Below are positions 1 to 13,900 of a stretch of DNA of 64,000 nucleotides, piece by piece. The stretch comes from Tubulanus polymorphus (lineage: Eukaryota > Animalia > Nemertea). The notes beneath the pieces are model-generated. The model saw only the letters and a list, made by a program, of their open reading frames with translations, was not told the origin of the DNA and ran no database searches. The stretch spans positions 24,052,345 through 24,116,344 of the forward strand of contig NC_134028.1 in assembly GCF_964204645.1 (NCBI RefSeq), written 5' to 3'. A program made the position numbers and the translations under genes. How positions within the stretch are numbered: the stretch's first letter is position 1; each line of letters begins with the position of its first letter.

Positions 1-1860
1 AATTCTCAAATAATCGAGGAGATATATAACTAACTATGAAACGATTGTTGAATAGATTTACCGTCATTTTGTCATGATAAACTTTCATCCGATTTTTCGA
101 TAATTCGACTAAAAAATTGCACGAGTAATCAATAAGACCAATTACAGTAATTAAAGTTAAACAAAAAAATAATAATTTCTCTGGTACTCTCTGCCATCTA
201 TACCAATCAATTAATTATACGTGATAATAATATCTATAATAATAATAATAATGATAATTATAATCGATATTTCTTACGCATTGCACATGTCAACGTATAT
301 TCACATACATAAAGCACCGTGTTCGCGAAATCTGTTATAGAAATGACATCAGTTCATATAAAAAAGAGCTCTTCATTTGGGCTGCTATACGGTACTCTCC
401 ATCGAGAGTCCCTGATTTTTACCGATATAACTACTACGGTAGGTGCGTACGACAAACTTCGCGTAATAAAGAGGCAAGTTGACCCGTAAAGCAATTTTCA
501 GGGCGAGACGAGACTAGACTAGAAAGAGTTCAGAGACAGATTCATGAAAAAAAAAGAGACGGCAGCAGTGAAGTGATGAATTACAAGATCTAGACAGATT
601 TACCTGTTGACTAGTTAGATATATATGTATTTGTATTTACACTACATAAATGAGGCAGATATTTAGAAGTTTTGATTGTAGTATATTGCTTGCATTCGAT
701 CTCGGGATCGAGTTGACAGCGCATGGTTCAGCGAGATATGATTTAGAAGTAATAATGCCTGTAAGGGTCAACTTGCTTCCGCAACGTCGTCTCGTTTTTC
801 TAACACATTTTCTAAAGAGAAATTTTGATTCAGTTTTACAGAGATTTCTCCGGAAAAGGCACCAACTGAGATTCGTTAGAAGACACTTTTACGGAAACCT
901 TCGCGGCTAAATTTAAGAGCACATATCGATCAATCCTAGAGATTCTGACATCAGTATCCTTCGCAAAAAACCCAGAATACCGTCTAAACATTTCCGAAAA
1001 GAACGCTGATAAATTGGAAAATATACAAAATAGATTAGTGTCTTTTGCTCGCAATTGCACAACACTTCAAGTTTGATGACAAATAAAAGTGACAAGCAAT
1101 TTTTGCACACTTTTATTTCAACATAATGGCAAGAATAACGCACGGCTTCGAACGAAGTAACTGGTAAAAGGACACGAGGATGATTTTCCTTTTTATCGTC
1201 CAAAATTCACAAATAAAGGTGGGTTAATAAAAGTATATCGCAGTATGAGCATTTAAAGAATTGAAATGAGAGGGCAAATGTTGTGCAATGACGAGCTCAT
1301 TTTTTATGCGGTCGCTCTTTTTCTAACCAGAGCGTCCCAGCGCAGAACGTCATTCGTTTCGATGTTGCGCAAAGTTCATCGTAACTATAATGAGAATTAA
1401 CTGAAAACCACCGGTTCCGACACTTCGGTCCGGTTATCGTTGAAACGATGCACCTACGTTCCCGGGCTTCATATTCCGTATAAAAATACACACGAATCGG
1501 AAATGTCGCAGAATTCAACTAAATCATCGCGAGCCGCGTCTGGTCTCTCGTCCTACAACCCGGCAGTGTTCGTAGACGACTTCAAACTATAAAGACGTCG
1601 CACTTTTCAACTTGTTTTATCGAAGAGACAGTGTCTCCGTTATCACAACACACATTCGTAAGCCCGACTCTTTCGCTCTCTCTCTAATTAGAGAATATGG
1701 TGGGCTGTTTTTTTTTTCTATTGGCGGCTTGGAACCAGTCAGTCAGTCAGTCAGTGTGTATGTGTGTAAAATGAAGAGTTTTTATGTTTGTCATGCGCTG
1801 CAGTCATTCGACTTGGCCAATACTGTCGGAGATGATGACATGCGATGCGTGGTATAATCA
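1..1860 (-). other. Rbfox: Rbfox 3' UTR (end not defined; may extend beyond the window)
   Basis: AT-rich sequence after the stop; candidate AATAAA at 1112-1117 (minus); GCATG at 1792 and 1839. Confidence 0.55.
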
Positions 1861-1905
1861 TCAGTACGGGGCGAATCTTTGATAACCACCTCGATAAACC
1901 GTCGG
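1861..1905 (-). CDS. Rbfox: Rbfox last coding exon: [14 protein letters not shown] (C-terminal PY-type NLS)
   Basis: Acceptor tatcatttcag|; RFAPY terminus; tandem TGA TGA stops at 1863-1858. Confidence 0.96.
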   Translation of the reverse strand, partial: PTVYRGGYQRFAPY

Positions 1906-4900
1906 CTGAAATGATATAATATCTAACGTTACGAACGCCGCACGTGATGATGATGAAAGTATATCGTAATAGATCGCGTGAAAGTATTACTCTTTCACAC
2001 CGCGCTACTAATTACAATCGGACCCTCACTACACGTTTAGGCATAATTAATTACGTTTCAGTTCGATCAAAAGAAAGATCAGTCGATGAAGATGCTAAGA
2101 TGAATTTACAGATATCTTTCAAATGGGTTTCATAATCTGTAAACCTGACTTTTTCATTTTGAATATATCTCAGAAAATGGAAAATCTTCGGAAAAGTCAG
2201 GTAAACGGATTTCAGTTGATGAATCTTTAAATTGTGGGATTTTTTAGGCAAGTAAAAATTGATACCTTGTTTCTTATTTCAGCTGAGCTTTAAAGTTGAC
2301 CCGCCCCGGGCGCTTGTACAAAACATTTTCTAAATGAACTGATTGCGAATTTTATTGCAGTTCAAAACATGATCCGGCCGATTGGAGAAACGAGGTATAA
2401 TTTTTACTTTTCATATTCAGTCTCAATTGATTTCGGGTATCGCAATCATCAGCAAACATTCTATATATAGCTTTAGTTGGTAGAACGAGGTTCAGTACTT
2501 ACTGAATATCCAGGCACTGGGCCAATACTGTGTCCTAAATACGGATCTGTAGCGTATTCTCTTCCCGGATAACTGAAATGGATAAATACAGCGCGTAATA
2601 ATTTCCGTCTGATAAAAATGTATTTACGAGTCCCGACATATTGCACCAGAGAACGATAAACTTCGCATTTTAAGCGGACCTGATTATAATGATTTATCGG
2701 TTACGACAGCTTGAATATCTAAACCGAAATAAAGCCTATTATTTATTTTTAAACTACCACTCCTAACTAACATATTTCAAATACGTGATTTTCACTTGTA
2801 AACATGTTGCCATCTATGTTTGAATGAAGAGTGGCGACATCTATTGGATGTCAGGCAAACAGCATAATGGCGATGCTGCATTACTACGTCCAGAACACTC
2901 GGGTGATAGGCTCAAAACTCACAGTGAAAATATATTTGGACATACAGGATGGCCACTTTCCGCCCATGAGTTTTCCTAATTTTCTACATGTGATTACACA
3001 AAATTCCCTGGGTGAATCAGAGAATTTTCTAAGTTTTAAAATGTAACAATTTATTCATTTTTCATTGAATCACGTATTGGTAAAGAAATGCTTGGTCAAT
3101 AGCATTATGCAAATTCCCTGAGTTTTCTAGGCTTTTGGTAAAATCTGTCAAATTCATCGAGTTTTTCCTGATTTGTCTAGATTTCTCGTATTCCAGGTAT
3201 TCCAGGTTTTCCAGGTCAGTGCCCCCCCCCCCCGATATAACCTCCTTTAATTACGATTATTGATAATACCAAAAATACATATGTATTTTTGATAATACTT
3301 ATACTAACCCAGCTACTGCGTAAGTGGCAGGTGCAGCTGCTACTGTAGGTATGGCATATCTAGATACGGTTCCGAGCGCACCTCCAGCTGCAGCGGCGGC
3401 CGCTGCGAACGGCTACAAAATAAAAACATCAAAATCAACATCAATCTTTGATTCTCCATCGTTGAAAACAAATCGATACGAACGAAGAAAACGTAACGAC
3501 GACGACGACGACCGAGTACGACTGTGACGAATCTGAGACAAACATCGAGAATGTAATAGAAATTGTTTGATAACGCACTTGAACTTTTACCTGGTAGCGG
3601 TCAGTGTACGTAGCTGCAAGGAACGGGTCTTGGTAAACACCCCTGAAAAATATATAAATATATTCATATCAATAAAGCGTTTCAGGGTGGACACTTGGAC
3701 ACTTTTCTTGCGAATTCCTTGAGTTTTCTATGTTAATTTGTACAACTTATGGAGAAATTTCTAGGTTTCTAGATTTCATGAATCCTGCATCGATAAACGC
3801 ATGCGTCGTCAACAGCATCATTCAAGTTTTCCAGGTTTTATTTTGCAAAATTCGTCAAATTTCCTAAGTTTCCCCTGATTTCCCCTAGATATTTCTGATT
3901 CCCTGTTTTTTTCGCAGGTCAGCGTGTACTGTTCTATTAGCGACTGCCGACTCGACGCAGTATTTTACTTAATTAAAATCGAAACAGTTTATTTACGGAT
4001 GTCTACCGGAGCCTAACTGGTCCTCGGCGCGGTCGATCCTCCGGAGGGAAGACATAAATCATGCAGGATTCAATCTCCTCGCGAGTATTAATAATGAAGG
4101 GCTTAATCAGAACAAATTGTTGTCTATGCGTCGATAGCTTCCTAAATTAATCCGACAGCTTACGACATCAGGTTCGTTTATTGTTTAAGATTGATGACAC
4201 GTAGCGCCTTGCTTCATCATATTCGAGAAAGTTTCTACTGAAGATTCTCAAAGCGTTCAAGATCTACTCGTTCCTAACTAGAGCGTAAACAACGCTGAAC
4301 AATACACAATAAATAGCTAATGAGTGACAGGTGAAATTACGCTTAGCGGAGTACATTTCCCTGTTGTAAGTAGCTGTTATGATTCAATAACCCTTGCAGA
4401 TTATTTTTTCAACAGAATCCCGAGACTTTCAGGGTATAAAAGCTTCGAAGATAAGTTATCCGCGATTCCTTTTAGGATCTTTTCCGGAAAACATTTATTT
4501 AACGTATCAGCAATGCTATCGGCAGAAGAATTTTCAACTTTTAATATTGCAGCCAGTCAATTACGTGGCTGCAGGACTTCATTTCTATATTTGTTGATTC
4601 GAAATTAACCATTTCGACTCAAAACTGTGGCTTTGGGCCCAGTTCAACAGTTCTTAAATAAGATTTGACTAACTGAAAAATGAACTGGTTTTAAATCAAG
4701 GGTTAACTCTGCTTTGGTCCGTGGAACTGGATCTCAGATATTTCTATATCAATGACTATCACCAGTCATATTGGTGGTACTTACGGTGCATATGGCAAGG
4801 CTGTGGCAGCAGCTAATGGAGAAGGGTGTCGTAACGCGGCAGCGGTAGCCGCCGTGTAAGCACCTCTAGTGGCAACAGTTGGCATTCGACCTCGTATGGC

Positions 4901-7900
4901 AGCACCTCTCAGAGCGGCAGCTACAAATATATACAATCATCATATATAATTCATACATTATCGCGTGAGACACATTATGAAACAATTGTCAGAAAGAGGA
5001 AATGATTAATTCTATATTAATAGCCTAGAAATTCATCTCAGTAAAATAGAACATAGGAACCAATAGTGGGGAATACTATCAATGGGGAACGCCAACGCTA
5101 ACTGTGGCAATTGAGGATGACGCAAACGGCGAGCAAGGATCCACCAGGTGTCGCTAGTAGTTACTCGGTCTTAGTTCGGCGAATCAATTTTGAAAACATA
5201 AGACCGCGTACTCATCACGCCATCTGGTGGGATAGCTGGCGTTGCTGTTCCCCATCTTAATGATATTACCGATAAAGATAATTTTTTCATCGTAATGTTT
5301 CGAGATACAGCGAGATCGATTAGAAAGGTTTCTACAATAGGAGAGCGCGGAGATTTTCACTAAAATGTGAACGTAATATATCTATATTATCGATACTGAT
5401 TTCCGCTAGAAGCGTGCGCTGGTTTTTCACCTTTCTCTACGTAGTTCATATGATTTAAATATGCGCAAGAATATCGGAAGACATCGCTGACGATATGGAA
5501 AATAATTTTGTTTCCAATAATACGTGAACCCGACAGAAGTTTTAGACGCTCGACGCACCTGCGATTTTGAACAAATATAACACTCTCAGCGATGCCTTCG
5601 AGCCGAATAAAACTAACGAAGTAACGTCATCAATTTTCATCAGGATCGCCAACCGAACATGCAAACAATGCGAAACCCGATACAATATTTAGGTTGGTAC
5701 GAAATCGAAGAAAAATCACCGGCTACAGAAATCGAATTCTTCAGATCTACGACGGTCGGGAGAAATAATTTCAACGATTCGATCGCGAATGATTCGATTT
5801 CAAAGAATAAATTCATATCAAAGACTAAAAGATCTAAACAGCTACGAAACGAACGCTTTTCTTATCCTTTGATACTCGAGAATCGGGGAATTTTTTTCGA
5901 TTTTCTTTCAAGTCTCGGCTGCCGAAGTTTTAGATCGACGAAACGTAATCAATCATTTTCTTCGCGCGCCCGAGGGGAGGGAGGCATATCGCTCAAGAAG
6001 GGGGGGGGGAGAAAAATATCGTTTTGGACTTTGTTCGAATATTTGTTTTGAAAAAGAGAATAATAATCATGCAGCGAGGAAAGCTCGTGATTAATGTGAT
6101 GCAATGAGACATGAATACATACTTTGAATGAATTGGGGCTGTAATAGGGAGTTGTAGATAACGAGACCCTGTCCGTTAGGGGGAGACTCGCAACCTAAAT
6201 TAGACGCAGAACAAATAATCGAAAATTAGAAAACGAGGCTGATATAAACATGCGTAACATCATTATTACTATTATCATTATTATTATTGCATCATGCTTC
6301 AAATCATTATCATTTTTCCATTTTTTTGTTTCTACAAAACGGAATATCGTGAGCATTTATGAAAATGAATGTAACTAATGAATAGTAATTAGTATATATA
6401 TATAAACTATAGAGGAATTCTAGTGCGTAGTATGAAAATAAAGTGTTGGGAGATTGTTATAACTAACTCCCAGTTTCAAAAGAGATAGACGTGGGTTAGG
6501 GTTAGGTAAAGAACGATTTACAGATGCCACGAGTCGTGGCTTTGAAGATCAATGAGTCTTTGAGTCTTTTGAGTCGTCTCATCATTTTATTTGCATCGAC
6601 GAAAAGTCGTAAAATCGAAACGCGATTACGAAACGAAATACCTGCGAGGATCGATGATATCGCTATAAATAGACGTCTCGTATAAAGCATTGACAGGCAG
6701 ATTTCTTAAAGCGAACGATGGCAAGAATTTTCGAGTGCAGATCACTCGATCAGTATCGGCAAAGAATATCTCTTCAAATGTGTTTTTTCTGATATGTTTA
6801 AAATCAACTTTTGATGAAATTTAGAAGATTAAAAGCGAATTTTATCAAAATCAAAATTGAATGACACGACATCTTGAATTCTAGCTAGAGATCATTGTTA
6901 GGTGTCAAAACCGAAAAAAAATAACTATGGATGGAAGTTGTTTTACAACTTCGAACCAAAAAAACAGTCAAGAGTTTGTCTATCTTTTGAAATTGCAACT
7001 AGACAAAGTTCCTTTTAAGTTCTCAAATATCGCGTTCTTTTCTGGGTGCTTTCGGAGCAAAATGCGATGAAAATATCGATCGAATGCCGAATAAATGAAA
7101 TCCGTTCTCCGCCGAGGCACTCCTTTTTAACGTGTTAGTTTTAAGTCGTAAGGTGGGTGTATTAGATGATGTCATTCGAGCCGCAGAAGAGCTACAAGTG
7201 GGAAGAATTGCGAAACCGGCGCAAAAATCTTTCTCAACGGCAATCTTCGGGAAGTAATCGGAAACGACGTCATTTCAAAACTATCATTTTCCTTCCAATA
7301 ATCCGTGTTTCAGAGGAGATTAAAATAGTGCGGCTGTTTGTCATTCTCGTGGCAGCCAGGTTTTTCTTCGAGAAATTCCCGTTACGGCGAAAAAGAAGTT
7401 GCAGAGTTGGGAATCGTAGCTGGCGACCTTTTTATATACTAAAGCCATGGGGATTTGGGGTACAGGGGCGGGGGTAGTTTAACACTTAGACTGCTGATGA
7501 CATGATGCAATCGGTTGCAACTGGTCGCGTAGGTTGACTGCGATGGTGCGTGACTATAGACTCTTATCAGTCGCAAGAGCAACATGGGTCGCATGCGATT
7601 AAGATGGTCGCATCGCAGGAAATGGAACATGCACAACTTAATGCACCTAGTTTCACTTGGGGCCGCTTTAGATCTTTGTGAAGCCGTTGTTAGTGGTAAA
7701 TCACAGGGAATCGCATCACGAGCCGCTGCCAGTTGCAAGGCTGACCTACACCTGAGTGCAGAGCAACTCAAATGTGTTTTCCCAGTGTTTGGGAGTATTG
7801 GGAGTTGCCATTTTCTAAATTCACCATTTTTCCAGAAGTCGATCATAAGACACTGAACTGTTTAAATAAGAATATACTAGAATGACTGCATTAACGTTGT

Positions 7901-10900
7901 GATAATCAGTAATTAGCGATGTAAGAAGAGACTTATCCGACCATATTCTACTCAAGCAATATGCATATATCCTTCATACTTGTATCGATCATACTGTAAT
8001 TTCAGAGAAATGACCGTCAAGTAAATTCAGACGAGGTCTCGTAACATCTTCGAACTTCGGAGGTGTTATATACGCTCGGATACGGATTGGTTTTTTTTGA
8101 CGAGGCGGCGCAGTCGAGGTACCCGACGACGAGTAGGATATTGAGATATTGTATACGTTACGAGGATAATCCGGTCTCAATTACCGGTAGATGTGTATGT
8201 ATGAATGTCTGTTCACCGAACGTGGTAAGAATTGATTAGAATGAAGAAAGAAGAAACGCATATTAGTCAGAATCATCAAATATGGGCGGAAACCATTTGG
8301 AAGTTCGAAAAGGTCGTACCACGATATCAGGGTGGCCACTTTATTTGACTTGCTTTTCCCCCTGACTATTCCCTGACAAGCCGATTGTTCCCCCCCCCCC
8401 CGACTTGATTTGGAAAGAATCCAATCAATTAACACAGTAAAATAGATTAGGTACAGACGGAAACTGTTTGATTTTATGCATGATCTAGCAATCTCAACAC
8501 ATAACCCTGACTCCCTGCTTTTTAGATTTTTTCTTTTATACATAATTCCCTGACTTTTTGTCGAAAAGTTTAGTGGCCACCCTGATAATATGGCAATTGT
8601 TTTGAATATGAAAATGTCATGATATTTCTGATGACACTCGTATATTGGCAGAATAAATGACATAGAAGTGCCCGCCTGGCGTGCAGGTGCTAGTGAGATG
8701 ACGTGATAGCAAACATGCAAAAAACATTAACATGCAATAAAACTACACATGTTCAATGAGGTAATTGTGTTAATTACGTATAAAATTGCGGGATAATTCG
8801 ATGGAGAATACCGATTAAAGTTTTAATCACAATTAACATAATTCGTCTTGAAAGTCGTTAAAATGCTAATTCAAAACTGTTTAATTCGCTAGCTGATAAC
8901 TGATCCAAGCGATGGTTCTTTAATCGTACAATTTTGAAGGCCCTCCATTGAAGAGGTATGAAAGATAGGTGCAATTAGTATCATCCATTTTATCACTAAT
9001 TCCCCGGCCATTCCTCCCTCCTCTCATGCACATATAAGCCACGATCACAAAGAGACGATTTGGCCCGGGCTGAAGTAAAATTTGGGCCCTGCTTAATAAG
9101 CGAGTGCGTTTACCCATAAAGTATTATCAAAATGATGCTGTGGCAAGTGAGCGGAGTCATTTCCAGAAACGCGCAATAACTTGATCAGCTCTAAAGTTTG
9201 GAACAGGCCTGGTTGGATGTTTTTTTTTCTTTAGGCATGGACCCATTTGGTGCCAGTGCGAATGAATTGCTGATACGGGTAAAAATACGCTCCGTGTGAT
9301 CGCAGGTACGACAACGGATTTACTCATTTCATACACATAAAACCAATCATCGTGATAAAAGTCATCGACGTACCGAGTCTTTGCTGGTCCTCGGTGGACT
9401 GTTGAAGGGCTAAGGCGTACGCGCTATGGACATCAGTGGGCACCGCTGAAAATAGAACACAACGTGAAAATATACTCGAGGCGAATATTCAAAATACAAC
9501 ATCGATTTTCCGTATCGTTTTAAGACATCGGCTTTTATCATATACTGATGGTTTTAGAAGACTGTTTCTCGATCAATGGCAGTAATACCAAAATGCCTCG
9601 AGGGTGAAATGAAATGTCTGGTTTACATTGGTTCTTTAAGTTTACTTTGTGTAAACCGATCTACTCCAGTTCATAGCTCTAAACGCAGTAGCGAAGAGAG
9701 AGAGAGAGAGAGATAGAGTTCACATTCTAAAGAAAATGGAAGAGAATATTCTGTAACAACAATCCCCGTAGGTGTGCAGGGGTGGATTAAGGGGATCACT
9801 GCCTTCCCACTGAGGTCGCCCCTTTTTGCCAAGACAGGGATTGTTAAAACCTGTCAATTTTACGCTCATCCTCGTGTAAATGGCATCTTTTAGGATGTAT
9901 TTCTTCAAAGATTCCTTACCCTAGATTGATGGACCCCACTAGTTGCCTTAGACTTGGGTCCTTTTTATTTATTCTGGACGCAACCGTTCCAATTTTCCTG
10001 GATGTATTCAAATCTGATTCACAATTCAGTTCGAAATCAGCGAATAAAAACCTTACATAAAATCGGATCCATCATTTTTTTTACCGATTCATGCGTAGAT
10101 GCAACAGGCTGCAAAAACTTAGCACGTATAAATTCATCTCATCAGTTGCCATAGAAACGTGCATTTTCGTACAATAATAATGTCGGTGAACGCGATGCCC
10201 CGCGATGAATCCACAGTCGAAACAATATCGCGCGGTAGCGCTGAACGTGGCCGGCACTGTCGCCGGTGTTCACCGATCTGTGAATGTTCCTACACAGCAG
10301 CACGAATCAATATTTCGTACATACAACACGGCAAGATACTTGTTTTTAACAGCAGGAAGATGACACAGTCCTCGAGCATCAGACGGTATCAGAACCTACC
10401 CGTCGAGTAATTAGTGCGTACAGTTAAACTTGTATGAGTCGTTTCGCCCTTAGTCAGAAAATCAGAAGAAATTTCTAGGTCCATTGAGAGTGTTACATGG
10501 TTGCCAGGGGCTGCAGTTGCTCAAAAGTTGATTATAGTTAACCAGTGAATAGTTGACTTAGTGTCATTTATTGATATTTCATTGCTACTCGGGTATTTAT
10601 CTCCTTGGTTATCTTTATCTAACTTAAAAGCAATTGAAGCCCCTGATTTTTAGGTTTTTATAAAATTCCCAACTTTTCAAAAAATGTTTTCTCCACAAAA
10701 AGTAACCCTAAATAGCGAGTGCTGTGATATCCTTAAGTCAAATTTAGTGGAAATTGAATTTTCCCAAAAGTTTTACTGCGCAAGTTTAGTGTTGAACATG
10801 TATGATTTCAGCCGATGTGAACGTCTAACGAACTGAACTATAGACGAAGGTCTATCAATATGAACTTCTATGGAGCAGGACTATAGATGAAGTTCAACCA

Positions 10901-13900
10901 ATATGAACGTTTAAAGAGATGAATACCGATGACGTTCACATACGCCTGTATGTTATCCAGTATTTCGTGTTTAAAGCCCCCACTGATCCGATACATTAGA
11001 CATAAAATACATCCCAAAGTTATGTTCTATGATGGCAAGAAAATTGTTTGATATCTACGCTTTATAACCAATGGGGCCGTTCTAAAACAATAATCCATAA
11101 CACCAGTGAGGATTCAAAGTTAATTAGGGAGATATTCGTAAGCGGATTTTAGAACTTTCGAATATGAAGTAGAATCAATACTCACCAGTTGGTACAGTGG
11201 GTGTCGGGTTTTTCTTCGTCATAACTCTTGCCGTAGCATTATTCACCTGCGAAATCGAACGAAACAAAAACCGAATAAATAAAACGGTTCATTTCCGAAA
11301 ATGTTTCCTGGTCGTCGGACAAAAAAATCGTCCGCGTTTTACCGTTCTCGAAATCGGCGAAATTCGGACGATTTTTTTCCACGACGTTGAAACATTTTCG
11401 GAAATTCAATCGAAAAAAACAGGAAAATGAAAATTCGTCAAAAATATCAAAGCAATCTGTTCAGCATTGACCCGATATAGTTTTTTTTCCGGGAGGGATA
11501 ATGGAACTGTGCGGCAGATTGAGTAACTACAGCTCGATATATCGGATAATTTCGGAACACAGGTGGTACCACCGGTTACAGGAGCCAAAACCATCGAAAT
11601 CATACGAATAATAGCTGAATACTGCAGCTGTGTCTGTCAACAGAACACCGTTTTATACTGATATCATTATTAAACCGTTCTGCTGATTTTGCCAGCTGAG
11701 AATCAGTCAAATACAGAAAATCTCAATCTCAGAAAAGTCTGACTAACAGGGTATAGTCAAACGTAAAGATGACTAATAGGGTAAAGTCAAACGTAAAGAT
11801 GACTAATAGGGTATAGTCAAAACGTAAAGATGACTAATAGGGTAAAGTCAAACGTAAAGATGACTAATAGGGTATAGTCAAAACGTTAAGATGACTAATA
11901 GGGTAAAGTCAAAACGTAAAGATGACTAATGGGGTAAAGTCAAAACGTAAAGATGACTAATAGGGTATAGTCAAAACGTTAAGATGACTAATAGGGTAAA
12001 GTCAAAACGTAAAGATGACTACTAGGGTGTAGTCAAAACGTAAAGATGACTAATAGGGTATAGTCAAAACGTAAAGATGACTAATAGGATAAAGTCAAAA
12101 CGTTAAGATGACTAATAGGGTATAGTCAAAACGTTAAGATGACTAATAGGGTAAAGTCAAAACGTAAAGATGACTAATAGGGTGTAGTCAAACGTAAAGA
12201 TGACTAATAGGGTATAGTCAAACGTAAAGATGACTAATAGGGTATAGTCAAAACGTAAAGATGACTAATAGGATAAAGTCAAAACGTAAAGATGACTAAT
12301 AGGGTATAGTCAAAACGTAAAGATGACTAATAGGATAAAGTCAAAACGTAAAGATGACTAATAGGATAAAGTCAAAACGTAAAGATGACTAATAGGGTAT
12401 AGTCAAAACGTAAAGATGACTAATAGGATAAAGTCAAAACGTAAAGATGACTAATAGGGTATAGTCAAAACGTAAAGATGACTAATAGGATAAAGTCAAA
12501 ACGTAAAGATGACTAATAGGATAAAGTCAAAACGTAAAGATGACTAATAGGGTATAGTCAAAACGTAAAGATGACTAATAGGGTATAGTCAAAACGTAAA
12601 GATGACTAATAGGGTATAGTCAAAACATTAAGATGACTAATAGGGTATAGTCAAAACGTTTAGATGACTACCAGGGTATAGTCAAAACGTTAGAAAATCA
12701 TTACCAAAGGAAACCTTTTTGAACTCATTTTTCTTTTGGGAGTGTGGAATTTTCTACATTATCGTCACAACCAAGTGTTTCACTACTAATTATCAGCTAA
12801 CTTGCAGATGAAAACAGGTGGAATGCGACATTCTCGCCTCAAATACTTCTCATAGTTTTCCACGGAGCAGCAGTTATTAGAATAATTGATCAATCAAGTT
12901 CGTGACAACTGCGGCAAAATGCTGAACAGATCTGAAAAACCGAATCAACAACAGTCGGCCACAATGAATTACAAGTCTCTCTCGCTCCGGGAGCATTTCC
13001 CTATCGGTAATTAATAACCAGTAATTAACTAATTACCTTGTTCAGTTTCTAAAGAGGCTTCGTTTCTGGCTAATTGGTTTATTTCAAAAGATGTAATTAC
13101 GCATATTTTGAGTATTTCATCCGTGAATGGATCTTTTTTTCCGGGACGAGACGAGAGATGCTACTCATTGAAAAGGCTTCAATTAATACCTACGATCTTC
13201 CGCCTAAAGCAAGATTTATGGATTCACTTTCGTATCTATTTATGGTTCTCGAGTAGTGAACATTTGTGCCGAAAATAAATAGCCGGTAATTGAAATAATC
13301 GAATGTAATTGATTAGTTAAATCGAACAATTTCTAGAATCATCCACGCGAAAGGAAGACCATAGTTATCATAATAGAAATACTACAAGATTCGACGAGTT
13401 TACGACATTTGAAAACATTTTCCAATAAAATCACCGTCGAATCAAGGAATAAATCTGTATACGTCTGTTGAGTGGTTTCAATGGTATTTCATGTGACTGA
13501 ATCTTAAATTCAAAAGGTTATTTCTTCGCCAATAAGCAACAGAATTTACTCTCAATCGCTCAAATCAGTTGAATCAAGTTTGCAAATCAGTTACCCAGAG
13601 AATAACTGAAATGTTATCACATGAAATACCAATTCAATTCATCAAAGCCCAAATAATTCACAAATTTCAATCAACCATTCACTCAAGATTTTTTTCGAAT
13701 CTGGATCTTGGGGAAGATCTTTCCTTGAATGTCCAAAATAGAGCAAATACATTAAATAATCGATGATACCCGATTGAAATTTGTGAATATCGATCGAAAA
13801 AGTCTTTTAGACTAATAGGCCTGTATCGAAAAGACACATATTGACTTGCTTTCGTTCACCCAACATCTAAGCATCGTTTGAAATAGTTCAGAACAGTTCA

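Noticed and set aside
1858-1863. Stop-codon readthrough or selenocysteine at the TGA
   Set aside because: Immediately followed by a second TGA, and the protein ends at the conserved RFAPY.
3324-3527. Plus-strand Ala-rich ORF
   Set aside because: Antisense shadow of Rbfox exon 3309-3412.
6493-6506. Telomere-like GGGTTAGGGTTAGG
   Set aside because: Only about two units; compatible with chance.
11741-12691. CRISPR-like array (31-bp palindromic repeats)
   Set aside because: Units are head-to-tail with no unique spacers, there are no cas genes, and the context is a eukaryotic intron.
13037-13048. Possible 12-nt microexon (tttag|AAACTGAACAAG|gtaatt) between KIE and VNN
   Set aside because: Weak polypyrimidine tract and it would interrupt RRM beta4; no independent support.
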